Shown in pieces: positions 10,801 to 18,423 of a DNA stretch of 64,000 bases. Position numbers and translations under genes: made by a program. The notes under the pieces are model-generated. The model was given only the letters and a program-made list of their open reading frames with translations, did not search any database and had not been told where the DNA came from. The stretch's first letter is position 1. The number at the start of each line of letters is the position of its first letter. Source of the DNA: Verrucomicrobiota bacterium (GTDB taxonomy: Bacteria; Verrucomicrobiota; Verrucomicrobiia; Verrucomicrobiales; V1-33); assembly GCA_040387795.1 (NCBI GenBank), contig JAZKDC010000017.1, positions 486,157 to 550,156 of the forward strand. The letters run 5' to 3'.

Positions 10801-10818
10801 CAGATCAGGGGAATACAT
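4858..10818 (-). CDS. Giant (1,986 aa) TPR-repeat protein with internal C39-like cysteine peptidase domain
   Basis: Uninterrupted ORF with an ATG at 10818. TPR-like helical repeats run throughout. Residues ~308-445 (nt 9484-9897) read VPFVKQDRRTCAPATLAAICRFHG...SAHLQAVIGYD...LLVREP (Gln/Cys/His order of papain-fold C39 peptidases). Confidence 0.85.
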   Translation of the reverse strand: MYSPDLPLPACPDEKVLARLGDLLNEGRALDAWELAKGFAPLTAWVKAGPMPAFYASRLYAWLGNPRRSDAVDRLARKRYPWSAEVFLRSLSLEGRRRGPLAVLQTIRDPAAHPPMEERHRFFLLNLEGDYWSRWSDFERATACLDEADRLRPGHDRTLVNRAGVLMRADRRREAEIHAREAIRVRPGNVTAPRILAELLRSSDREEEAREVLEAAVGRVQDGEVVLALANWQSEHGNYEEALRLSDGYERLVPLADRKAKQWLAGWRAFRYFLARDYQAALEQAAQAPGCFIAEIADRLRTEHPGRRVRLAVPFVKQDRRTCAPATLAAICRFHGDAAGQVEIAEEICYDGTPDHSERHWAEHRGYVVREFTVTPPTVLALIDLGLPFTLTTVEPASAHLQAVIGYDTKADTLLVREPGWADDAEYRMNLLHDYAFSGPRGMVMAPENRRAALEALELPEAELYDLLHGLQRALHANNRELAVDFLDRMRAQAAGHRLTLLAQRRLAYWDRNVPGQLDGVDGMLRLYPDQPALLYEKLWLLASTAGRQEQMAFARRVQAAGKAPPEVDRLLAELLDDDAREWPAAERAWARAAKRSGFQSATLGGLADFRWSQQRRREAVLYYRLAACVDAMQEGPARSYFSAARWVGLEEGEESLAFLRERVKRYGALAGGPARTLAWALGQLKREGEALEVLEDAVRQRPEEGYLLLDAADVFRDAGRADRAAALVAQAERRVPDGAWLRRMATEAVSRAELMESMGCYRRLLEIEPAAKDVHESLAGLLAGTGDRTAAVAHLEETCRRFPGHASLKALLCHWLGDDLARRGEVLRQLLELNPADGWARRELALDLKKQGRHGEAVREAAEARAVEPKVAASSGILGDVLQAAGRPEEARECLHEALALDVDYGWAISELIAMAPDHVSKQAELRWVLGQLETQVTNGDGLMRWTSEAWVLREPDEVLEVLERVRGIRPDLWQAWSVLSNHLSDMGRRDQALAVVAEAAERFPFLPRVWYDLALIRGRGGDAAGEREALDQVLRLSPRWELAVRRMAEACRNLDDAPSARALLERHSRSNPLDSGVMLDLIRLLRAEGDAVATLAACRRGVALAPLSRDTWSLRAAAAEGDAAELAAVRKEAADLTRSLPQSLAAWECRAAVAATLEGYAEELSVLNEALEQLPGCWDLLDRKAVLLAHSAQYGEALQCCEPGPPGAADGRWRRARAADILHRQGKEAEAILQMEELAREHPDYLWSVQRLVEWHDHRADHAAVVSWTARQTRLSPGEQSGWGYRAGALLALNRSDEAEVALRTAVALDPGYTWAVRQLLGLELKRGDVAAAERTVARVRGRIPIHTIAGIYTSHGLAEQAEVFCRSSVALNVKDAASQEALGEALWKLERNSEAAAAWVAAVRLKPDRLWLVGELHEKAGMAGLLENVASELREWADAAPPEVARLEAYLHFLSKDDDPGAYLGALDGALLRVPDHAAFTDSKAERLTHLRRYTEALEVCGQSDDVMLLRRRAWIEAERGNRGSAIDLMAVALKQDETSEFGLQQICDWLESASRGGEAVPYAEALVKAAPQSAYSFGYLAGALLNCGRKADAEPHLFRALRMSNTYEWASDRLFDLQLEREDFLAAGMTLKMAQEHLPGHATLLKELRWAAGQRHHPEAMHVWQRLAADPAVSSARMESAQGILKKAGWGTKAQASGATGDPWEGLPQTVGPGAYAVWVKDEYLRKNHGVWQRFAGLAEEATRIAAWEAYLKIAGEPAPATPHWDDVRVMKARWAIHRNRDFLKRHENLWAYAAYFYLGNDLYRQGRRWCRDWTTRSGLHSWMLSNVAALQDGKWSLRKGREVREWCLTHLKADHATVRHRIRLAFLAAAEGKPDRALGYLSDVREKDIPPGGTGSDVRLQLNLARLMVRLQNQSNPRATRQTEALAGLERAITASGGILTPGSHGNTLRVFLPFALRRAGWSRFLWRLTLLIPQALGVSQ

Positions 10819-10933
10819 CGTCGGGAATGGATAGTGAAAATCCCTGCGCCGTCAAATACTCCTATCGGCACCGCCGCACAAACCTCCATTCCGCCCGGTC
10901 CGGAAAGTCAGCCGGCCGGCCTGGCCGGGCTCC

Positions 10934-12133
10934 TCACGCCACCTCCTTCACCCGCCGGGCCAGCCAGAGACTGACCAATCCGCAGCCTGCCGCGATCCAC
11001 CCCAGCCAGTGATAACCTTGGAGCGGGCCGGTGGGGGAGGGGCGGCTCACGATCAGGCCGCCGAGCGAGGTGACCACTCCGCTGACAAGGTCCCGCACGC
11101 AGGCAGACAGGCTCATGAAGGCGCCCCGTTGCGGCGCCGCCACCGCGAGGCTGGTGATGGCCTGTCCGGGCACAAAGCGCCCGCTGGCAAACACGAAGAA
11201 AAAGCCTGCCAGCACCAGCGCCGGGCCGAGGGTGAGGCGCGGGGCATGCGTCAGGACCAGCAACACGGCGGAAGCCACCAGCGTCACCAGGGTATAAACT
11301 TTCCGCCGTCCCAGGCGGTCGGCCCACCGCCCCACCATGGGGCCGGAAAAGATCGTCAGGATACCGCCCGTGAGATACACCAGGAACAGCTGCTTTTCCT
11401 CCAACCCCACATTCGCCACCAGATAGGGGGACATGAAGGGGATCACCGTAAAATGCGCCCCCACCATCGCTGACATGAAGAGCAGCGCCCATTGCACGTT
11501 GCGGTTTGAGGCCAGCGCCAGCATGGCGTGCCAACGGTTCACCGGCGGACCGGCCGCCAGATGTCCCCGCAGTGAAGGCACGCCCCGCAGGGCGATCACC
11601 CACATCACCGCGCCGACGGCGGCGATCAGAAAGAAGGGGGTTTCCCATTCATATTTCTGAGCCAGGAATAATCCGGCCGGCACCCCCAGCGCGGAGGCCA
11701 CGGAAAACGCCGTCATCACAATCCCAATCCCGGCCGCCCGCCGCGCCGGGGGCACCACATCGGCGACAATGGTCATCACCAGCGCGCCGGAAACGCCACC
11801 GAATCCGCCGCTGATGATCCGGGAAAACAGCAGGGCTTCGAAGCTGCGTGACAAGGCGCAGGCCAGGGTTCCCATCACAAATCCGCCAAACATCACCAGC
11901 AACAACGGTCGACGGTCAAAACGGTCCACAAACGCCGTGGCCACCAATCCGACCAGTCCCGCGCTCCACGTGTAGCCGGACACCAGTGAGGCAAATTCAG
12001 CCGGCCCGATCGCCAGTTCCCGCATCAGTTGGGGCCCCATCGGCATCATGATCATGAAATCCATGATGTGGGCGAACTGCACGGCCGCCAGCAGCAGCAA
12101 CAGCATGCGTTCCGAGAGGGGGGAGCGGGGCAT
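10934..12133 (-). CDS. MFS transporter
   Basis: 399 aa and about 12 hydrophobic segments. MFS-type loop motifs (FVDRFDRRPLLL; WADRLGRRKVY). Confidence 0.8.
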   Translation of the reverse strand: MPRSPLSERMLLLLLAAVQFAHIMDFMIMMPMGPQLMRELAIGPAEFASLVSGYTWSAGLVGLVATAFVDRFDRRPLLLVMFGGFVMGTLACALSRSFEALLFSRIISGGFGGVSGALVMTIVADVVPPARRAAGIGIVMTAFSVASALGVPAGLFLAQKYEWETPFFLIAAVGAVMWVIALRGVPSLRGHLAAGPPVNRWHAMLALASNRNVQWALLFMSAMVGAHFTVIPFMSPYLVANVGLEEKQLFLVYLTGGILTIFSGPMVGRWADRLGRRKVYTLVTLVASAVLLVLTHAPRLTLGPALVLAGFFFVFASGRFVPGQAITSLAVAAPQRGAFMSLSACVRDLVSGVVTSLGGLIVSRPSPTGPLQGYHWLGWIAAGCGLVSLWLARRVKEVA

Positions 12134-12264
12134 TCAGGGGAAAGGATAGAAGGATGAACCGCCAACAGAGCCGGCGCCGGGGCATCACGCGGGGGATGTT
12201 TGAGACCGCAGGTGACTGGCCGTATCTGTGCCACTCCCGGGGCGGGCCCCCCGGGCCTCCGGCC

Positions 12265-13071
12265 TCACTTCTTCTTGAAGAAATCCGCCAGGTCCCCCAG
12301 CTGGTTGGGAGACGGCTCCACATCCGTCGCCCGGATTGCCGCTTTTTGGAGTTCGCACAGGCTGGCGATGCCCAGTTTCCCCAGCCGCATCAGGGAGGCG
12401 AATTCAAGATCGGTGAAAGTGCTTTCCTCGCCCGCGCCTTGGATTTCGACAAATTCGCCGGTCTCCGTCATCACAAAGTTGAAGTCCACCTCGGCGTCCT
12501 TGTCCTCGAAATAATTCAGATCCAACAGCGCCTCGCCTTTGAACATCCCGGCGCTGACAGCCGAGACCAATTTGGTCAGGGGGGAGCGGAACAGCTTTTT
12601 CTCCGCCACCAGCTTGTTGAACGCCATGGCGCAGGCGACTGTCGCGCCGGTGATGGCGGCGGTGCGGGTCCCGCCGTCTGCCGACAGCACATCGCAGTCA
12701 ATCCAGACCGTGCGCTGCCCCAGCACACTCAAATCCACCACGGAACGCATGGCGCGGCCGATCAGGCGCTGGATTTCGGAACTGCGGCCATCCAGCTTGC
12801 CCTTGCTGATATCACGGGCTTTGCGGTCCTTCGTTGAAGCCGGCAGCATGGAATATTCCGCCGTCAGCCAGCCGCCCTGCACCCCCTGCTGCTTCATCCA
12901 ATAAGGCACCCCGTCTTCCACCATCACGGTGCAGATCACCTGGGTGTCGCCAAAACAGCTCAGCACCGACCCTGTGGCCTGCTTCGAAATGTTGGGAACG
13001 AAAGAGATCGGGCGGAGTTGGTCAGGCTGTCGGCCATCGGAGCGTGTCATCCGTTTCTGTGGCCGGGCCAC
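12265..13071 (-). CDS. rph: Ribonuclease PH
   Basis: RSDGRQPDQLRPISF...GSVLSCFGDTQVICTV...LTAEYSMLPASTKDR...GRSSEIQRLIGRAMR...IDCDVLSADGGTRTAAITGA. The true start may be the ATG at 13050 (MTRSDGR). Confidence 0.9.
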   Translation of the reverse strand: MARPQKRMTRSDGRQPDQLRPISFVPNISKQATGSVLSCFGDTQVICTVMVEDGVPYWMKQQGVQGGWLTAEYSMLPASTKDRKARDISKGKLDGRSSEIQRLIGRAMRSVVDLSVLGQRTVWIDCDVLSADGGTRTAAITGATVACAMAFNKLVAEKKLFRSPLTKLVSAVSAGMFKGEALLDLNYFEDKDAEVDFNFVMTETGEFVEIQGAGEESTFTDLEFASLMRLGKLGIASLCELQKAAIRATDVEPSPNQLGDLADFFKKK

Positions 13072-13151
13072 CTTGGGAAAACAAGGGGCGATTCCGGTCC
13101 AGCCTGCCGGGAGCGCTGGTGCCGCAGAGAGAGAGTGATCCGGGAAATGGT

Positions 13152-13862
13152 TTACGCCCGCGGTTTGTCCTGCCGGCGGCGGCGGCCTGCAGCAGCCCCC
13201 AGCACGGCGAGGCCCAACAGGCCAATCGAACCGGGCTCCGGCACGGCAGCAAACACGTCTATTTCGGAATAGCCGGAATAGCCATTCTCCGTGGCGTTGA
13301 AGTCAAAACGGAGCCCCGCCACATTGGAGGCCAGAATCCCCGTGGTATCGCTGATGGATACTTTGGTCACCTGCGGATGCGTGGTGGTCCCGGGATTGAA
13401 ATCCACGGTGGTGAGGGGGAGAAAAGTGCCGGGTGCAGCGGCGGTGGAGTAGAAAATGCTGTAACTCTGCTGGTCCCGGCCGGAGTCCTGCCATCCCCCA
13501 TAAACGGAAATGGAACCAATATTCTGGGCACTGCCCAGCAGGTAGGTCAGGGAGGTTCCGCCCCCGGGCCCGGCGGTGGCGAAGGTAGAGAATTGGAACG
13601 GGCCCCCTAGGTCGCGGGTGATGGGGGAGGCGAACAGTCCGTCGGTGAGCACTCCGGCTCCACCGGCCCCTTCCTGAACGAAATTGCCGGGTTGGGCGGT
13701 AGGGGCGATGCCGTTCAGCAAGTCCGTAGTGCTGACGGCATACGGGTGCGCGAGGGTATCAGTGCCATTGGTTTGGAAGTCGGTGACCGTCACCAAAGCC
13801 GCCGGTGCCGCCGCCGCGGAGACGATCAGAGCCAGGGAAATGTGGGAAAATGTTTTGTTCAT
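13152..13862 (-). CDS. PEP-CTERM sorting-domain secreted protein
   Basis: Internal ATG at 13862 gives signal peptide MNKTFSHISLALIVSAAAAPAA. C-terminus VPEPGSIGLLGLAVLGAAAGRRRR. Confidence 0.8.
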   Translation of the reverse strand: MNKTFSHISLALIVSAAAAPAALVTVTDFQTNGTDTLAHPYAVSTTDLLNGIAPTAQPGNFVQEGAGGAGVLTDGLFASPITRDLGGPFQFSTFATAGPGGGTSLTYLLGSAQNIGSISVYGGWQDSGRDQQSYSIFYSTAAAPGTFLPLTTVDFNPGTTTHPQVTKVSISDTTGILASNVAGLRFDFNATENGYSGYSEIDVFAAVPEPGSIGLLGLAVLGAAAGRRRRQDKPRA

Positions 13863-13989
13863 GGGTAGGGCAGGTCGTGCGGGTCTGGTCAGATCGGGGC
13901 GCGGATGGCAATAAACTCCCCGCTTCCGATTCATCAAGGGACCGGCGGAGTGACAAGGGATATCAAAAACGGGAAATGCTACGCCCGCT

Positions 13990-14024
13990 AGTTATATTTT
14001 CATGAAAAACAAATTTTTAATAAT
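13990..14024. promoter_or_regulatory. 35-nt AT-rich tract in the divergent intergenic region (likely promoter/UP-element region)
   Basis: AGTTATATTTTCATGAAAAACAAATTTTTAATAAT has only 4 G/C in 35 nt, in an otherwise GC-rich 270-bp gap between divergent genes (13862 minus, 14133 plus). No TSS evidence. Confidence 0.3.
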
Positions 14025-14132
14025 CGCGGGGCCGGTGGGCGGACCGTGAGACGGAAAACGGCCGGCAGCGGGTCGGCATTCCAAGGCCTTGCGTTGCCCC
14101 GGCGATAAGGCACTCTGTTCCCCTGATTACCC

Positions 14133-15329
14133 ATGGGAGAACGACTGGACAGCTTGGAACAGTTTGGCATTGAGGTGATCCTCAACCGCCGCGGGGGATT
14201 CCGTGCCGGGATGCTCCGCGGATTTCTGAGTGGGCTGTCGGGACTTTTCCATGGCATGGTGCAGGGCAGGCTGGCTTTGTTCCGGAACCGGCTGAAGACC
14301 GATCATTATTTGGGCGCGATGGTGCTGAGTGTGGGGAATTTGACCGTGGGCGGCACCGGCAAGACGCCGGTGGTGGAGATGCTGGCGCGCCGGCTGCATG
14401 CCGAAGGCCGCCGGGTGGCGGTGTTGAGCCGGGGCTACAAGAGCAGGAGCCTGCCGCTGCCCCACCGCCTGCTGCATCAATTCACCGGCCGCACCGTGGA
14501 GTCGCCTCCGCGCGTGGTCAGTGATGGCTCGGGGCTGAAACTGGATAGCCTGACGGCAGGGGATGAGCCCTACATGTTGGCGAAAAATCTGCCCGGGGTG
14601 GCGGTGGTGGTGGACAAGGACCGGGTGAAGGCGGGCCGTTATGCCGTGAAGGAACTGGGGTGCGATACCCTGATCCTTGATGATGGCCTGCAATATCTGA
14701 AACTGCGCCGGCGCCTTGATGTGGTGCTGGTGGACCGTTCAGCCCCTTTTGGAAACGAACACCTCCTGCCCCGGGGGACGCTGCGCGAGCCGCCGCGCAA
14801 TCTGCGCCGGGCCAGTCACATTTTCCTGACCAAATGCGGCGACGAGTCCAACGAGGAAATCATCCAGCGCCTCCGCCAGCACAACCGCACGGCGTCCATC
14901 CTCGAATGCCGCCACCGGCCCGTTTACCTGCAGAACGTTTACGATCCGGACGACCGTCAGGAGCTTTCTTTTATGGAGGGGAAAAAAGTCGCCACCATCA
15001 GCGGGATTGCGGTGCCGGAGAGTTTTGAAAACATCATCGATCAACAGCTCGGAGCCAACATTGTGGTGCGGCGCCGGTTTACTGATCACCACCGCTACAC
15101 CGAGGATGAAATCGACGAAGCCATCCTGCGCGCCGACGACAAGCTGGCTCATTTTGTGGTGACCACGGAGAAGGACGCCGTCCGGTTCCCGGCGTTCGAG
15201 AAGACGCTGCTGCCGGTGTACTTCCTGCGGATTGAAATCGAAGTCCTGCGCGGCGCGGAAGCGCTGGATGAATGTGTGGGCCGCATCTGCCACCCGCAGG
15301 GCGCCGCCCCTCCCATGAAATTTGCGTAG
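14133..15329 (+). CDS. lpxK: Tetraacyldisaccharide 4'-kinase
   Basis: P-loop [22 protein letters not shown], then VLSRGYK, ILDDGLQ, FRDHH-like TDHHRYT. Confidence 0.9.
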   Translation: MGERLDSLEQFGIEVILNRRGGFRAGMLRGFLSGLSGLFHGMVQGRLALFRNRLKTDHYLGAMVLSVGNLTVGGTGKTPVVEMLARRLHAEGRRVAVLSRGYKSRSLPLPHRLLHQFTGRTVESPPRVVSDGSGLKLDSLTAGDEPYMLAKNLPGVAVVVDKDRVKAGRYAVKELGCDTLILDDGLQYLKLRRRLDVVLVDRSAPFGNEHLLPRGTLREPPRNLRRASHIFLTKCGDESNEEIIQRLRQHNRTASILECRHRPVYLQNVYDPDDRQELSFMEGKKVATISGIAVPESFENIIDQQLGANIVVRRRFTDHHRYTEDEIDEAILRADDKLAHFVVTTEKDAVRFPAFEKTLLPVYFLRIEIEVLRGAEALDECVGRICHPQGAAPPMKFA

Positions 15330-15406
15330 CAGGAGCAAGGTTTCAGGTTTCGGATTTCCGGCGCGTATGCATTGATCGCGGAATCTGAAGTTTCCCCCGC
15401 TTTCCC

Positions 15407-16039
15407 ATGCTGAACGAGATCGAATCCATCCACCGCGCCGAGAACGTGGCGCTGGACCGCGTGTTGCGCCGGGTCTTGAAAAAGTCCGGCCTGGCGATGC
15501 CGCGGGCTTCGAGTGCCGGGGCGCCGGGCCCGTTGCAGATTCTGGATCTTGCGTGCGGCAGCTGCCGGGAGGCCGGCACCCTGGCCGAGGTGTTCCGGGA
15601 CTTTGAGGGCGCCAACCGGGATGTCAGACTGGTGGGAGCGGATATCCGGGAGCGTGAGTTGGAGGAAGCCTCCGCCCGCGCCCGCCTCGCGGGCCGGACC
15701 CGGGATCAATTTGAGTTTCTCACCGAAAACTGCGCCAAACTGGACCGCCACCGCGAACTGGGCCGCGATTTCGACGTGACTTTCCTGCGCCATCAGAACT
15801 ACTGGAATGACAAGCCCGTCTGGCAGCGGATTTTCGAGCAGGGCCTCGAAAAACTGAGGGATGACGGGTTGCTGGTGATCACGTCGTACTTTGACCGGGA
15901 GCATGAGCTGGCCCTGAAGGCCCTCGAGCGTGCCGGGGCGGAACTGATCATCACCGGACAGAATGAGACCAGCCGGGTACTGGACACTCCGGGAAAGTCG
16001 GTGGACCGGCACGTCGCGGTCTTCCGGAAAAAGCGCTGA
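15407..16039 (+). CDS. Class I SAM-dependent methyltransferase
   Basis: Motif I ILDLACGSCREAG, acidic loop VGADI, post-I/II pattern DFDVTFL...LLVITSY. Confidence 0.7.
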   Translation: MLNEIESIHRAENVALDRVLRRVLKKSGLAMPRASSAGAPGPLQILDLACGSCREAGTLAEVFRDFEGANRDVRLVGADIRERELEEASARARLAGRTRDQFEFLTENCAKLDRHRELGRDFDVTFLRHQNYWNDKPVWQRIFEQGLEKLRDDGLLVITSYFDREHELALKALERAGAELIITGQNETSRVLDTPGKSVDRHVAVFRKKR

Positions 16040-16253
16040 GGAAGCCGGTGGTGCTTGGTTGGCCCCTGGAAGGGAGAGGAGTGGCGATGCCGCGCGCCCG
16101 GCAAAAAAATTGAACAACCCGGGCCCGGCATGGTCACTAATCCTTGCCGGCTCTGAATTTTGTAACCGGTTTTGATGGGAGGTCGTCGGTGAAGCAAGGA
16201 ACGTCTGCTCCAAAACGCAGACCCCTGATCCACTAATCCCCCTCCCCAAATCC

Positions 16254-16739
16254 ATGAAAACACCGCTTCTCCTCGCAGCCCTCCTGTTTGCGCCCGCCCT
16301 TGCACCGGCGGACGACGCCCCAGCGACTGTCCCCGCTCCGACGACGGCGCCGGAGGCTTTTCCGAAGGCCGCCGCTTTCCGCCAGCAGGTGCTGGAGAAA
16401 TTTGATGCCGACAAGGACGGTAAACTTTCCGAAGCCGAGCGCGGGGCCGCCAAGGCCGCCATGAAGGAAAAGGGCGGTGAATTCCGCGCCCGGATGGTGG
16501 AAAAATTCGATGCGGACAAGAACGGCACCTTGTCCGAGGCCGAGCGGGCCACCGCCAAATCAGCCCTCAAGGCCCGCCGCGCCGGTGGCAAAGGTTCCGA
16601 GGGTGGAAAAGGCGAAGGGACACGCACCGCCAAACACCGGCAGGTGCTGGAAAAATTTGACGAAGACAAGGACGGCCTGCTCTCGGAAGCCGAGCGCGCC
16701 AAGGCCCGTGCGGCCCGCAAAAATAAAACCACTGACTGA
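16254..16739 (+). CDS. Secreted protein with three canonical EF-hand loops
   Basis: Signal peptide MKTPLLLAALLFAPALAPA. Three repeats EKFDxDK(D/N)GxLSEAER (DADKDGKLSEAE, DADKNGTLSEAE, DEDKDGLLSEAE) fit the 12-residue DxDxDGxLxxxE loop. Confidence 0.8.
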   Translation: MKTPLLLAALLFAPALAPADDAPATVPAPTTAPEAFPKAAAFRQQVLEKFDADKDGKLSEAERGAAKAAMKEKGGEFRARMVEKFDADKNGTLSEAERATAKSALKARRAGGKGSEGGKGEGTRTAKHRQVLEKFDEDKDGLLSEAERAKARAARKNKTTD

Positions 16740-16785
16740 CCGGCCCTGCTTTCCGGCCTTGCCTGACTGATTCCAGCTCCTTTCT

Positions 16786-16822
16786 GCCCTGACCGGCTTC
16801 CTTACGGGAAACCGGTCAGGGC
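16786..16822 (+). terminator. Stem-loop between the EF-hand gene and the next gene (terminator-like, no U-tract)
   Basis: Perfect 11-bp arms GCCCTGACCGG (16786-96) / CCGGTCAGGGC (16812-22) with an inner TTCC/GGAA extension. No T-run follows. Confidence 0.4.
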
Positions 16823-16873
16823 ACATGCCATTTCCCACCCCCTGCATCATCTACCCACCGTCCCGAAATTACC

Positions 16874-18235
16874 ATGAAACCTGCCCTGCTTCACGTCTCC
16901 TGGCTCGCCGTCGCGGCGGGTGCCTACTACGCCGGCTCTGCCCTGCAAAAACCGGATGCCAGTGGCAACGCCACCAACCGTTCGCTGAACGTGGCGACAG
17001 GTTCCAGTCTCACCGCTGCGGAGCGCGCCGGCTCCGTGAAGACCTCCGCCATTTCCCGGGATGCTTCCATCGCCGACTTCCTCAGCCGGTATGACCTGGG
17101 CTCGGGCAAGCCACTCACCGCGGAAAAAATGCGCCAGGCCATGTCGGAAGCCCTCCGGGAGACCGACCCCGTGAAAAGCACGATGCTCTTCGCCCGCCTC
17201 CTTGAGGAAATGACCCCTGAAAACGCTGCCGAGAGCATGGCGACCCTGAGCGAGAGCATTTCCGGCTTTGAAATGATGCGCTACATGCCTCTCCTCGCCT
17301 ATCAATGGGGCACCGTGGACTCCAAAACCGCCTTCGCCGAACTCGATAAGCCCGGTGGGGATGGCCGCATGTCCATGATGAGCAAACCCATCATCCTCGC
17401 CGGCCTCGCCAGCAAGGACCCCGCGGCCGCCCAAGCTTGGCTCGCCGAACAGAAGGACCTCCCCGGCAAGGAATTCTACACCCAGTCCATCATCAACGGA
17501 CTGGCCAAATCGGACCTTAATGCGGCGGTGGACTATGCCGCCAAACAGGAAAAGGCCGAAGACCGCACCCGCTCCGCTGAGACCATTGCCCAGGAAAAAA
17601 TCAAAGGCGGCATCGACGGTGCCGCCGCGTGGGCGTCTTCCCTCACCGATCCCGACATGAAGAAGGGTGCGATGCAGACCGTAGCCAATCAGTTGGCGCG
17701 CACCGACGTGAACAAGGCAGCTGAGTATGTCAAACAATACGGCAACGACGAGTGGGCCAGCGGAGCCATCGGCGATGTCGCCCAACGCATGGCCCGGTCC
17801 AATCCCCAGGATGCCTTGAAATTCGCCGAAGGCCTCAGTGGCAGCAATCAACCGGTCGCTTACCGCGAATCCATCCAGGCTTGGACCCGGGATGACTCTG
17901 AAGCTGCCAGCAAATATGTGAACGCCATGCCGGTCGGAGCCAACCGGGATGCCTCTGCGTCCGCGCTGGCCAATTCCATCGCCCGCGATGATCCCGCGAG
18001 CGCCATTGCCTGGACCGATAGCATCGCTGACCCCAAAGTCCGCGAAAGCACCCTGATCGACGTGGCCCGCGATTACCGCCGGAGTGATCCGGATGGCTAC
18101 GCCGCCTGGTTGCCTGCCAGCGGCCTCTCCGCCGAGGCCCAGCAGCAGGTCAACGAGCGTGGCGGTGGCGGCTGGCGTGGGGGCGGATTCCGCGGCGGCC
18201 CTCCTGGTGGTTTTGGGGGCGGTCGCGGCCGCTGA
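16874..18235 (+). CDS. Membrane-anchored helical-repeat protein with C-terminal RGG/FG-rich tail
   Basis: N-terminal hydrophobic anchor. About 8 tandem ~32-aa repeats (x-D-P-x-x-A-x-x-W/Y pattern) at nt 17390-18133. Tail ERGGGGWRGGGFRGGPPGGFGGGRGR at nt 18155-18232. Confidence 0.7.
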   Translation: MKPALLHVSWLAVAAGAYYAGSALQKPDASGNATNRSLNVATGSSLTAAERAGSVKTSAISRDASIADFLSRYDLGSGKPLTAEKMRQAMSEALRETDPVKSTMLFARLLEEMTPENAAESMATLSESISGFEMMRYMPLLAYQWGTVDSKTAFAELDKPGGDGRMSMMSKPIILAGLASKDPAAAQAWLAEQKDLPGKEFYTQSIINGLAKSDLNAAVDYAAKQEKAEDRTRSAETIAQEKIKGGIDGAAAWASSLTDPDMKKGAMQTVANQLARTDVNKAAEYVKQYGNDEWASGAIGDVAQRMARSNPQDALKFAEGLSGSNQPVAYRESIQAWTRDDSEAASKYVNAMPVGANRDASASALANSIARDDPASAIAWTDSIADPKVRESTLIDVARDYRRSDPDGYAAWLPASGLSAEAQQQVNERGGGGWRGGGFRGGPPGGFGGGRGR

Positions 18236-18251
18236 GATTCCTCTTCTTCCG

Positions 18252-18285
18252 AAAACCCGGCTGCCTCACCCGCAGCCGGGTTTTT
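18252..18285 (+). terminator. Intrinsic terminator (bidirectional type)
   Basis: AAAA-CCCGGCTGC(18256-64)-CTCACCC-GCAGCCGGG(18272-80)-TTTTT: perfect 9-bp GC stem flanked by an A-run and a T-run. Confidence 0.75.
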
Positions 18286-18423
18286 CGGTGAATGGGGCAG
18301 GCCGCGAGGTCTGGCGGCTGGTGAGGCCTCTCAACGCGCTTTCCTGTTTTCGAGGAAAAAATACCGCTGGCGCATTTCCCCGCTGCGCCCTTTACTTCGC
18401 GCTTAGATTTTTCCGATTTTCCT

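Noticed and set aside
13938-14132. Replication origin (oriC) at the AT-rich tract, or in the 18286-18423 gap upstream of dnaN
   Set aside because: I found no DnaA-box (TTATCCACA-like) cluster in either gap, and no dnaA gene is in the window. Gene orientation downstream is mixed. It cannot be supported without whole-replicon GC skew.
16380-16710. Three ~110-nt direct nucleotide repeats (could look like a repeat array)
   Set aside because: They are in-frame coding repeats for the three EF-hand units. The spacing and content are not CRISPR-like, and no cas genes are present.
15149-16732. 527-aa minus-strand ORF spanning the methyltransferase and EF-hand genes
   Set aside because: It crosses an intergenic region and two well-supported plus-strand genes. 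It is low-complexity Ala/Ser/Arg-rich.
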